Assembly: GCF_009914755.1 (NCBI RefSeq)
Contig: NC_060938.1
Reading direction: 5' to 3' (one strand)
DNA from: the human T2T-CHM13v2.0 reference genome, Homo sapiens
DNA length: 64,000 bases
Shown here: in pieces, positions 1 to 12,626 of the stretch
Position numbering within the stretch: position 1 is the stretch's first letter
Layout: every line of letters begins with the position of its first letter
Made by a program: the position numbers and the translations under genes
The notes under the pieces: generated by a model
The model's database searches: none
The model's input: only the letters and a program-made list of their open reading frames with translations
What the model was told of the DNA's origin: nothing

Positions 1-3000
1 TCTGCACTGATCATCCAAGTGAAGTAACTCTTGTCTAGTATCTGCCTAAAGGGACTTTGTGACATAACTCTGCACTGATCATCCAGGTGATGGGCTTTTG
101 TCTAGGCTCTGCCTAGGGGGCATTGTGGCATATTTCTGCACTGATCACCCAGGGGATGGACTCTTGTCTTGGATCTGCCTATGGGGGCATTGTGACATAT
201 CTCTGCACTGATCACCCAGGTGATGTAACTGTTGTATAAGCTCTGCCTACAAGGGAATTGTGAGAGATCTCGCCACTGATCACCCAAGTGATGTAACTAT
301 TCTCTAGGCTTTGCCTATAGGGGGCTTTGTGACATACCTTTGCACTGATCAGCCAGGTGACGTAACTCAGCTAAGTTCTGCCTACAGGAGCTTTGTGACA
401 TATCTCTGCACTGATCACTTAGGTGATGTAACACTTTTACAAGCACTGCCTACAGGGAATTTTGACGAATCTCTGCACGGATCATGTAGGTGATGTAACT
501 CTTGTATACCCTCTGCCCAAAGGGGGCATTGTGAAATATCTCTGCACTGATCACCCAGGAGATTCAACTCTTTTCTACGATCTGCCTACAGGGGGTATTG
601 TGAGATATCTCTGCACTGATCAACTAGGTGTTGTAAATAGTTTCTAGGCTCTGCCTACAGGGGCGTTTTCTCGTTTCCCTGAACTGATGACAAAGGTGAC
701 GTAACTCTTGCCTTGGATTTGCCTACAGGGGACATTGTGACATACCTCTGCACTGATCACCCAGGTGATGCAACTCCTCTCTATGCTCTGCCTTCAGGGG
801 ACATTGTGACATATCTCTGCAATGATCACCGAGGTGATGTAACTCTTTTCTAGTCTCTGCCTACAGAGGGCGTTGTGACATCACTCTGCATGGATCACCC
901 GGGTTATGTAACTCTGGTCTAGGCTCTACCTATAGGGGTATTGTGACTTATCTCTGCACTGATCACCCAGGAGATGTGACACTTGTCTATGCTCTGCATA
1001 GAGGGACATTGGGACATATCTCTGCACTGATCACTGAGGTGATGTAAAAGTTGTCTAAGCTTTGCCTACAGTGGGATTTATGACATATCTCTGCACTGAT
1101 CACCCAGGTGATGTAACTCTTCTCTAGGATCTGCCTACAGGGTGCTTTGTGACATATCCCTACAATGATTACCTAGGTGATATACCACTTATCAAGGCTC
1201 TGCCTACAGGGACATTGCGATGTATGCCTGCATTGATCACCTAGGTAATGTAACTCTTTTCTAGGCTCTGCCTACAGTGGCATTTTGACAGATGTCTGCA
1301 CTGATCACCCAGGTGATGCAACTCTTCTCCATGCTCTGCCTACAGGGGACATTGTGACATATCTCTGCACTGATCACCAAGGTGATTCAGCTCTTCTTTA
1401 TGCTCTGCCTTCAGAGGGCATTGCGAAATATCTCTGCACTGATCACTCAGGTGATGTAACTCTTTTCTAGTCTCTGCCTACAGAGGGCGTTGTGACATCA
1501 CTGTGCACGGATCACCCGGGTTATGTAACTGTTGTCTAGGCTCTGCTTATGGGGGCATTGTGACTTATCTCTGCACTGATCACCCAGGAGATGTGACTCT
1601 TGTCTAAGCTCTGCCTGGAGGGACATTGGGACATATCTCTGCACTGATCGCTGAGGTGATGTAAAATATTTGTAGGCTATTCCTACAGTGGGATTTATGA
1701 CTTATCTCTGCACTGGTCACCCAGGTGATGTAACTCTTGTCTAGGCTCTGCTTACAGGGCGTATTGTGAGTTATCTCTGCACTGATCACACTGGTGATGT
1801 AACGCTTGTCTAGGCTCTGCCTACAGGAGCATTTTAACATATCACTGCACTGACAACCGAGATGATGTAACTCCTGTATAGGCTTTGCCGACAGGGGGCA
1901 TTGAGACATACCTCTGCACTGATCACCGAGGTGATGCAACTCTTCTCTATGCTCTGCCTACAGGGGGCATTGTGACATATCTCTGCAATGATCATCCAAG
2001 TGATGTAACATTTGTCTAGGATCTGCCTCAAGTGACTTTGTGACATAATTCTGCACAGATCATCCAGGTGATGGGGATTTTGTCTAGGCTCTGCCTAAGG
2101 GGCATTGTGACATGTTTCTGCACTGATCACCCAGGTGACGGACTCTTGTCTTGGATCTGCCTATGGGGGCATTGTGACATATCTCTGCACTAATAACCCA
2201 GGTGATGTAACCGTTGTATAAGCTCTGCCTACAGGGGAACTGTGAGAGATCTCGCCACTGATCACCTAGGTGATGTATCTATTGTCTAGGCTTTGTCTAC
2301 AGGGGGCTTTGTGACATACTTTTGCACTTATCACACAGGTGATGTAACTCATCTAAGTTCGGCGTAAAGGAGCTTTGTGACATATCTCTGCACTGATCAT
2401 TTAGGTGATGTAACACTTTTATAAGCACTGCCTACAGGGAATTTTGACAAATCTCTGCACTGATCACCTTGGTGATGTAACTCTTCTCTACCCTCTGCCC
2501 AAAGGCGGCATTGTGAAATATCTCTGCATTGATCATCCAAGTGATTCAACTCTTGTCCAGGATCTGCCTACAGAGATTATTGTGAAATATCTCTGCACTG
2601 ATAAACTAGGTGATGCAACTCTTCTCTATGCTCTGCCTACAGGGGACATTGTGACTTATCTCTGCACTGATCACCCAGGAGATGAAACTCTTTTCTAGTC
2701 TGTGCCTACAGAGGGCGTTGTGACATCACTCTGCACGGATCACCCGGGTTACGTAACTCTTATCTATGCTCTGTCTATGGGGGCGTCGTGACTTATCTTT
2801 GCACTGATCACCCTGGAGATGTGACTCTTGTCTAAGCTCTGCCTAGAGGGACATTGGGACATATCCCTGCACTGATAGCTGAGGTGATGCAAAACTTGTC
2901 TAGGCTTTGCCTGCAGTGGGATTTATGACAAATCTCTGCACTGATCACCCAGGTGATGTATCTCTTGTCAATACCCTCTGCTTACAGAGGGTATTGTGAG

Positions 3001-3260
3001 ATATCTCTGCACTGATCACCCAGGTGATGTAACTCTTGTGTAGGCTCTGCCTACAGGGGCCTTTTCACATATCACTGCACTGATCACCGAGATGATGTAA
3101 CTCTTGTATAGGCTTCGCGGACAGGGGGCATTGAGACATAACTCTGCACTGATCACCGAGGTGATGCATCTCTTGTCTGGGATGTGCTTACAGGGGGCAT
3201 TGTGAAATATCTCTGCCCTGATCACCCAGGTGATGTAACTCTTGTCTAGGCTCTGCTTAC
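1..3260 (-). repeat. Beta satellite (68-bp Sau3A/BSR) array, reverse orientation relative to the rest of the window
   Basis: Tandem ~68-bp monomers TCTGCACTGATCACCCAGGTGATGTAACTCTTGTCTAGGCTCTGCCTACAGGGGGCATTGTGACATATC, the reverse complement of the beta-satellite consensus, with a GATC in most monomers. Confidence 0.96.
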
Positions 3261-3483
3261 TGCAGTCGGAAGGTGTTGGGAGAACCTCAGCCAAAATTTC
3301 ACAGATGGACAAGGGCACAGAGAGGCGAGCGACCTCCTTGCACGTCACAAGGGGTGCACAATGAGAGCAGGTCTAGCCAGGAGGCTGGCAAAGAGAGCTA
3401 GAGGTCTGCGTTTCGCTGCCAGGCGCTCCATTGTGGCAGTTGGGAGGCTGCAGGTGCACGGGCGGGCTGGCGACGGTGGCACA

Positions 3484-3585
3484 GAGGTGCACATGAGGCG
3501 AGCCACCGGAGGGGTTTCAGGACTGGATGCTGCGGAGGCTCACATGAGGCGAGCCACCGGAGGGGTGTCAGGACTGGACGCTGTG
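3484..3585. repeat. 51-bp tandem duplication (2 copies)
   Basis: CACATGAGGCGAGCCACCGGAGGGGT(T/G)TCAGGACTGGA starts at 3490 and again at 3541. The other D4Z4-like segments have one copy. Confidence 0.9.
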
Positions 3586-4013
3586 GGTTCCCAGTGTTTC
3601 GCGGGACAGGGGTCTCCGACCAGCCCAGGGGAGGATGCATTTTCCGGGGGTGGGGTTTGGGGTGGGGTGGGGGTGGTCAGGCGGGGGTGGGGTGGTGGAA
3701 AGGCATGAGTGCTCTGCCCTGGCTGCTCCCACAGCCCAGGCGGCTGCCCGCAAACCCGCATGTGCGCAGTAGGTGGCCCACCTGCTGGTACCTGGGCTGG
3801 ATCTGAGATCCCCAGGATGCCCAGGAAAGAATGGCAGTTCTCCGCTGTGTGGACTCTCTCACCAGGCCTAGATCTAGAAGACAGCAATCCCAGGCCGGTC
3901 AGCCTGGTTGAGGGAGCAGGTGGAAGACACACCGCTCCATAGCCAGCCAGGTGTTCCCCGCGAAAGAGAGGCCACCGCCCTGCCCCGACCTGACCCCGTC
4001 CCAAACCCGCGAC

Positions 4014-4720
4014 CTAAAGTTCCTCGATCAGAGCCCGGCATTCTTCCTAGCTGAGTGGTGCTTCCAGCAAGACGGCCTCTTGCAAGGCCTCCAGCTCCCC
4101 CAGGGCCTCCGATTCTAGGAATGTTGCGCCTGCTGCAGAATCTCCGGGCTCACAAGGAGCTCATCCAGCAGCCCGGAGGGGAGTGCAGATGAGCACTCCA
4201 GCTCCTGGAGCACCTGGGAGGGCGCCAGCAGGCCTTACATCTGCCCCTGCCGCACGGAGGCCTCCAGGGGCACGGGCAGGCGAGGTGGAGCTGCCCCGGC
4301 TTGGAGTTCCCCCGCAGCCCCGGTGACCTGCGGTCCCTAGACCCTGCCCAACCACGGACTCCCCTGGGACGCGGGTGGCACAAGCACACCATGGCCCTGT
4401 GGCCCTGCTTGAGCGGGCCCTGGCTGTCCCAACGCCCAAGGGCCCCACAGGGCGTCACGCTGCAAGACCCAGCCCTCCCGGCTTTTGCCCGGTTGCGGAG
4501 GCAACCGAGGAGCCTGAGGGTGGGAGATCGCCCCTTCCGGAGGAGCAGGGGCGGCGTAGGCAAAATTCCCGCGTGCCGGGACAGGTTGGGAGATCCCCTC
4601 TGCCGGGGCGGCCTGGCTGGGCTGGAGCACGGGGACGGCCCTCGCTCCCTGGATCATGAAGCACCCTGTAGGAGAGCCCCAGGCACGCAGGGCACGTGGG
4701 GTGCCAGAAGCCCTATCCCC
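4014..4720 (-). pseudogene. DUX4L: DUX4-like 3' fragment with no homeoboxes
   Basis: Minus-strand translation includes [48 protein letters not shown], matching the DUX4 mid region. The terminal stop (CTA on +) is at 4014-4016. The 5' part is removed by the inversion junction. Confidence 0.9.
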
Positions 4721-5050
4721 GGAAAATGCATCCTCACCTGGGCTGGGTGTAGACCCCCATCCGCGAAACATCAGGCCCGCCCACCGTGCAGGCCTAACAC
4801 ACCTTCAGCGGCTCGCCTCCTCTGCGCCTCCTCGCCACCATCGCCAGCCCGCCAGTGACCCTGTAGCCTCCCAATTGCCACCATGGAACGCCTGGTGTCG
4901 GAATGCAGACCTCTAGCTCTCTTTGCCAGCCTCCTCACTAGACCTGCGCTCATTGCGCAACCCGGCTGACGTGCAAGGGAGCCCGCTGGCCTCTCTGTGC
5001 CCTTGTCCGTCCGTGAAATTCCGGCTGAGGCTCTCCCAACACCTTCCGAT
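4717..5050 (+). repeat. Short + strand D4Z4 distal fragment with pLAM/exon-3-like sequence
   Basis: CCCCGGAAAATGCATCCTC...CTAGACCTGCGCTCATTGCGC...CCGTGAAATTCCGGCTGAGGCTCTCCCAACACCTTCCGA, collinear with ~14423-14757 and ~32690-33023. Confidence 0.9.
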
Positions 5051-8000
5051 GCTCTTTACTCAAAGCCTGGAGAATAGTTACATCTCCTGGATGATCAGTT
5101 CAGAAATATGTCACAATGTCCACTCCCTGCGGAGCCTAGAGAAGATTTGCATCATTTGGGTGATAAGTGCAGAGATATATCACAATGTCCCCTGTACAAA
5201 AAGCCTGGAAATGATTTACATCACCTCGGTGATCAGTGCATAGGTATGTCAGAAATCCCCAGTAGGCTGACCTAGACAAGGGTTACATTACTTAGGTGAT
5301 CAGTGTAGAGATATGTGAAAATTCCCATGTAGATATTTGACACAATGCCCCCGTAGACAGAGCCTAGACAAGACTTCCATTACCTGGGTGATCAGTTCAG
5401 ATATATGTCACAAATCCCCCTCTAGTCAGAGTATAGAGAAGAGTCCCATCACCTGGGTGATCAGTGAAGAGATATTTCACCATGCCCCCTGTAGGCAGAG
5501 AGTGGACAAGAGTTACATAACCTAGGTGATCTGTGCAGAGCTATGTCAAAATGCCCCTGTAGGCAGATCCTAGGTAAATGTTACATCACATGGGTGATCA
5601 GTGCAGAGATACGTCTCAATACACCTTGTAGGTGGAGCCTAGACAAGAGTTACATCACCTGTGTGATAGGTGCAGAGATACGTCACAATACCCCCTGTAG
5701 GTGGAGCCTAGAGAAGAGTTACCTCACCTGGGTGATCAGTGCAGAAATATGTCACAAAGCCCCTGTAGGCCGAACCTAGACAAGCGTTACATCTCCTGGG
5801 TGATCAGTGCAAAGATATGTCACAAAGCCCCCTGTAGACAAATCCCAGAAAATTGTTACATCACCTGAATGATCAGTGTAGATATCTGTTCCATTTCCCC
5901 TTTAGGCGCAGTTTAGACAAGTGTTACATCACATGAGTAATCAGTGCAGAGATATGTCACTATGCCCCCATAGGCAGATAAAAGACAAGAGTCTATCACC
6001 TGGGTGGTCAGTGCAGAAATATGCCACAATGCCGCCTGTAGGCCGATATAGACAAGAGTTACATCACCTGCGTGATCACTGCAGAGATATGTCACAATGC
6101 CCCTGTAGGCAGAGCCTAGACAAGGGTCCCATCACCTGGGTGATCAGTGCAGAGTTATGTCACAATGCCCCCTTTTGTCAGAGCCTAGACAAGGGTTACA
6201 TCACGTGGGTGATCAGTGCAGATGAGTGTCACACGCCCCCTGTAGCCAGACCCTAGACAAGAGTTACATCAGCTGTGTTATCAGCGCAGTGACATGTCAC
6301 AATGTCCCTGTAGCCAAATCCTTGAGAAATATGACATCACCTGGTTGATCAATGCGGAGATATGTCACAATGTCTCCAGTAGGCAGAGCCTAGACAAGAG
6401 TTGCATCACCTCGGTGATCAGTGCACAGATATGTCTCAATGCCCCCTGTCGTCAAAGCCTATACAAGAGTTACATCATCTCTGTGATCATTGCAGTGATA
6501 TGTTAAAATGCCCCTGTAGGCAGAGCCTAGACAAGAGTTACATCACCTGGGTGATCACTGCAGAGATATGTCATAAATCCCACTGTAGGCAAAGCCTTGA
6601 CAAGTTTTACATCACCTCAGCGATTAGTGCAGATATATGTCTCAATGTCCCTCTAGGCAGAGCTTAGAAAAGAGTCACACCTCCTGGGTGATCAGTGCAG
6701 AGATAAGGCACAATGCCCCCTTAGGCAGAGCCTAGACAAGAGTTACATAACCCGGGTGATCCGTGCAGAGTGATGTCACAACTCCCTCTGTAGGCAGAGA
6801 CTAGAAAAGAGTTACATCACCTGGGTAAGCAGTGCAGAGGTATGTCACAATGCTCCCTGTAGGCATAGCATAGAGAAGAGTTGCATCACCTGGGTGATCA
6901 GTGCAGAGAGATGTCACAATGTGCCCTGTAGTCAGAGCATAGAGAACAGTTGCATCACCTGTGTGATCCGTGCAGAAATATGTCACAAAGCCCCCATACA
7001 CAGAGCCTAGACAAGAGTCCCATCACCTGGGTGATCAGTGCACAAATATGTCACAATGCCCCAATAGGCAGATCCAACACAAGAGTTACATCACCTGGGT
7101 GATCAGTGTAGAGATATGTCACAATGCCCCCATAGGCAGAGCCTAGACAAAAGTTCCATCACCTGGTTGATCAATGCAGAGATATGTCATAAAGCCCCTT
7201 TAGGCAGAGCCTAGACAAGAGTTACATAACCAGGGTGATCCGTGCAGAGATATTTCACAATACCCCCTGTAGGGTGATCCAAGACAAGAGTTGAATCACC
7301 TGGGTGGTCAGTGCAGAGATATTTCACAATGCCCCCTTTGGGCAGAGGGTAGACAAGAGTTACATCACCTAGGTGATCAGTGCTGAGATTTGTCAAAATA
7401 CCCTGTAGGCAGTGCTTATAAAAGTGTTACATCACCTAAGTGGACAGTGCAGAGATATGTCACAAAGCTGCTGTAGGCAGAACTTAGATAAGTTACATCA
7501 CCTGGGTGATCAGTGCAAAGGTATGTCACAAAGCCCCCTGTAGGCAAAGCCTAGACAATAGTTACTGAACTTGGGTGATCAGAGGCGAGATCTCTCACAG
7601 TTCCCCTGTAGGCAGAGCTTATACAACAGTTACATCACCTGGGTGATCAGTGCAGAGATATGTCACAATGCCCCCATAGGCAGATCCAAGAGAAGAGTCC
7701 GTCACCTGGGTGATCAGTGCAGAAATATGTCACAATGCCACCTTAGGCAGAGCCTAGACAAAAACCTCATCACCTGTATGATCAGTGCAGCGTTATGTCA
7801 CAAAGTCCCTTTAGGCAGATCCTAGACAAGTGTTACATCACCTGGATGATCAGTGCAGAAATATGTCACAATGCCACTGCAGGCAGAGTCTAGACAAGTG
7901 TTACATGACCTAGTTGATCAGTGCAGAGATACATCACAATGCCCCTGTAGGCAGATCTTTGACAAGTGGTACATCACCCGGGTGATCATTGCAGGGATGT

Positions 8001-11000
8001 GTCACAAAGCACATTGTAGGGAGATCCTACAAAAGAGTTACATCACCTGGGTGATCAGTGCAGAGATATGTCACAATGCCACTGTAGGCAGAGCCTAGAC
8101 AAGATTTACATTACCTAAGTGATCAATGCAGAGATACATCGCAATGCCCCTGTAGGCAGAGCCTTGACAAGCGATATATCACCTGGGTGATCAGTGCAGA
8201 GATATGTCACAATGCCGTGTAACCAGAGCCTAGACTAAAATTACAGCACCTGGGAGATCAGTGCAGAGGTATGTGACAATGTCCCCAGTAGGCAGAGACC
8301 AGGCAAGAGTTGGATCACCTCGGGATCAGTGCAGAGATATGTCTCAATCACCGTGTGGGCACAGCCTAGACAAGAGTTACATCACCTCGGTTAACAGTGC
8401 AGAGATATGTCAAAACGCCCCTGTAGGCAGAGCCTACACAATTGTTACATCACTTAGGTGATAAGTGCAGAGATATGTCACAAGACCCCCTGTAAGCAGA
8501 GCCTACACAAGAGTTACATAACCTGGGTGATCAGTGCAGAGATATGTGACAAGGCCCCTTTAAGCAGAGCATAGACAATACTTACATCACCTGAGTGATC
8601 AGTGCACAGATCTGTCAAAATGCCCCTTCAGGCAGAGCTTAGACCAGAGTTACATCACCTGGGTGATCAGTGCAGAGAGATGTCACAATGCCCCCATAGG
8701 CAAATCCAAGACAAGACTCCGTCACCTGGGTGATCAGTGCAGAAATATGTGACAATGACCCCAGCAGGCAGAGCCTATAGAAGAATCCCATCACCTGGGT
8801 GATCAGTGCAGAGATATTTCACAATGCGCCTGCAGGCAGAACATAAGCAAGAGTTACATCACCAAAAGATCAGTGCAGAGATATGTCACAAGCCCCCCAA
8901 TAGGCAGAGCCTGGACAAGAGTTACATCACCTTCGTGATCAATGCAGTGATATGTCACTATGCCCCGTAGGCAGTGCCTAGTCAAGCGTTACATCACCTG
9001 GGTGATCAGTACAGAGATATGTCACAAAGCCCCCAAACACAGAGCCTAGACAAGAGTCCCATCACCTTGGTGATCAGTGAAGAAATATGTCACAATGCCC
9101 CCATAGGCAGATACAACACAAGAGTTACATCACCTGGATGATCCGTGTAGAGATATGTTACAATGCCCACATAGGCAGGGCCTAGACAAAAGTCCCATCA
9201 CCTGGGTGATCCGTGCCGAGTGATGTCACAACGCCCTCTGTAGGCAGAGACTAGAAAATTGTTGCATCACCTAGGTGATCAGTGCAGAGATATGTTTCAA
9301 TGCCCCCTGTCGGTGAAGCCTATACAAGAGTTACATCATCTCGGTGATCAGTGCAGTGATATGTTAAAATGCCCCTGTAGGCTAGGCAAGAGTTACATCA
9401 CCAGGGTTATCAGTGCAGAGATATCTACAATACGCCCTGTAAGCAGAGCCTAGACAAGTGTTACATCAGCTGGGTGATCAGTGCAGAGATATGTCATAAA
9501 TCCCACTGTAGGCAAAGCCTATACAAGTTTTCCATCACCTCAGCGATCAGTGCAGAGATATGTCTCAATGCCCCTCTAGGCAGAGCATAGACAAGAGTTA
9601 CATAACCCGGGTGATCCGTGCAGAATGATGTCACAACGACCTCTGTAGACAGAGACTAGAAAAGAGTTACATCACCTGGGTGATCAGTGCAGAGATATGT
9701 CACAATGCCCCCTGTAGGCAGAGCATAGAGAAGAGTTGCATCACCTGGGTGATCAGTGCAGAGATATGTCACAATATCCCCTGTAGGCAAAGCCTAGGCA
9801 AGAGTTACATCACCTTTGTCATTCATTCAGTGATATGTGAAAATGCCCCAGTAGGCAGAGCCTAGACAAGAGTTACATCACCTAGTTGATCAGTGCAAAG
9901 ATATTTCACAATACCTAAATTCCCTGTAGGCTGTGCTTATAAAAGTGTTACATCACATAAGAGATCAGTGCAGAGATATGTCACAAAGCTCCTGCAGGCA
10001 GAACTTAGATGAGTTACACAACCTGTGTGATCAGTGCAAAGGTATGTCACAAAGCCCCCTGTATTCAAAGCCTAGACTATCGTTACATCACTTGGGTGAT
10101 CAGTGGCGAGATCTCTCACAATTCCCCTGTAGGCAGAGCTTATACAACTGTTACATCACCTGGGTGATCAGTGCAGGGATATGTCCCAATGCCCCAATAG
10201 GCAGATCCAAGACAAGAGTCCATCACCTGTGTGATCAGTGCAAAGGTATGTCACAAAGCCCCCTGTAGGAAAAGCCTAGACAATAGTTACATAACTTGGG
10301 TGATCAGTGGCAAGATCTCTCACAATTCCCCTGTAGGCAGAGCTTATACAACAGTTACATCACCTGGGTGATCAGTGCAGAGATATTTCACAATACCCCT
10401 GCAGGCAGAGCGTAAGCAAGTGTTACATCACCTAGGTGATCAGTGTAGAAATATGTCACAAGGCCCCCTATGGGCAGAGACTGGAGAAGAATTACATCAC
10501 CTCGGTGATCAATGCAGTGATATATCACTATGCCCCGTAGGCAGAGCCTAGTCAAGCATTACATCACCTGGGAGATCAGTGCAGAGATATTTCACAATAC
10601 CCCCCGTAGGCAGATCCTAGACAAGAGTTGAATCACCTGGTTGATCAGTGCAGAGATATATCACAATGCCCCCTTTGGGCCGAGGGGAGACAAGAGTTAC
10701 ATCACCTAGGTGATCAGTGCAGAGATTTGTCAAAATTCCCTGTAGGCAGTGCTTATAAAAGTGTTACATCACCTAAGTGATCAGTGCAGAGTTATGTCAC
10801 AAAGCTCCTGTAGGCAGAACTTAGATGAGTTACGTCACCTCTGTGATTAGTGCTATGGTATGTCACAAAGCCCCCTTTAGGCAAAGCCTAGACAAGAGTT
10901 ACATCACTTGGGTGATCAGTGGCAAGATCTCTCACAATTCCCCTGTCGGCAGAGCTTATACAACATTTACATCACCTGGGTGATCAGTGCAGACATACGT

Positions 11001-12020
11001 CCCGATGCCCCCATAGGCAGATCCAAGACAAGAGTCCGTCACCTTGGTGATCATTGCAGAAATATGTCACAATGCCCCCTTAGGCAGAGCCTAGACAAAA
11101 GCCCCATCACCTGGATGATCAGTGCAGATTTATGTCACAAAGTCCCTCTAGGCAGATCCTAAACAAGAGTTACATCACCTGGGTGATCAGTGCAGACATA
11201 TGTCACACTGCCTCTGTAGGCAGCGCCTAGACAAGTGTTACATGACCTAGGTGATCAGTGCAGAGATACATCGCAATGACCCTGTAGGCAGAGCCTTCAC
11301 AAGTGGTATATCAGCTGGGTGATCATTGCAGGTATATGTCACAAGGCACCCTGTAGGCCGATCCTAGAGAAGAGTTATATCACCTGGTTGATCAGTGCAG
11401 AGATATGTCACAAGCCCCCTGTAGGCAGAGCCTAGTCAAGAGTTATATCTCCTGGGTGATCAGTGCAGTTATATGTCACGATGTCGTGTAGCCAGAGCCT
11501 AGACTAAAGTTACAGCACCTTGGAGAACATTGCAGATATATTTCACAATGCCCCTGCAGGCAGACAGTAAGGAAGAGTTACATCACCTAGATGATCAGTG
11601 CAGAGATATATCACAAGGCCCCCTATAGGCAGAGCCTGGACAAGAGTTGCATCACCTCGGTGATCAATGCAGTGATATGTCACTATGCCCCGTAGGCAGA
11701 GCCTAGTCAAGCGTTACATCACCAGGGTGATCAGTGCAGAGATATGTCACAAAGCCCCCATACACAGAGGCTACACAAGTGCCCCATCACTTTGGTGATC
11801 AGTGCAGAAATATGTCACAATGCCCCCATAGGCACACCCAAGAGAAGAGTTACATCACCTGGGTGATCAGTGTAGAGATATGTCACAATGCCCCCATAGG
11901 CAGAGCCTAGACAAAAGTCCCATCACCTGGGTGATAAAAGCAGAGATATGTCACAAACCCCCTGTAGGCAGAGCCTAAACAAGAGTTACTTCAGTTTGTT
12001 GATCAGTTCAGAGATGTGTC
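5051..12020 (+). repeat. Beta satellite array
   Basis: About 100 tandem 68-bp monomers of the type GATCAGTGCAGAGATATGTCACAATGCCCCTGTAGGCAGAGCCTAGACAAGAGTTACATCACCTGGGT. Confidence 0.96.
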
Positions 12021-12626
12021 ATGCTGACTGTTTGCTCCCATAGCTCTGTGGGCACCCGGAAACATGCAGGGAATGGTAGAAGTCCGGCATGGTGGCTTCG
12101 CTCTCCTTGCCCGTTTTCTAACCGCCCACACTGCAGACTCCCCATGTTGCCGCACACGGGAATCCATAGTCATGCCATCACGCCTGGGAGGCATCTTGTC
12201 TCTGGGGTCTGGCTCTGGTCTCCTATGTGGAAATGAACGAGAGCCACAAGCTTGCCTGTGTGGGACTGTCCCGGCAACGGCGACACCCACGGGCACTGCC
12301 TCCTTCTCGGAGAGAGGGGCTGAAACTCTCAAGACTCCCACGGAGGTTCAGTTCCACACTTCCCTCCACCCTCCCAGGCTGGTTTCTCCCTGCTGAAGAC
12401 GTGTGGGAGCCCAGATAGCGTCTTCCAGTTCCCGTGGGATTCCTGGAGAGGTCCGGAGAGCCAGCCCCCGAAAAGCTCCCCCAACCCCTTCCCCCTCGCC
12501 CCTTTCCTCTTCATCCCTCCTGCCCCACCACCACAAGCACCATGCCCTCCCCCTCAACCCACCACCCCCCGGCCACAGGCCTCGATGCCCTGGGACCCTT
12601 CCGGGGTGGGGCAGGCTGTCCCAGGG

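Larger units (their letters stand above)
3261..4720 (-). repeat. Inverted partial D4Z4-like segment (3' part of DUX4-like ORF, 3' UTR, KpnI site, pLAM-like end)
   Basis: Reverse complement of the 3' half of the + strand D4Z4-like copies in this window. KpnI GGTACC is at 3787-3792, and the segment is GC-rich. Confidence 0.92.

Noticed and set aside
5051-12020. Regularly spaced repeats resembling a CRISPR array
   Set aside because: The whole monomer is repeated with no unique spacers, there are no cas genes, and the context is primate satellite.
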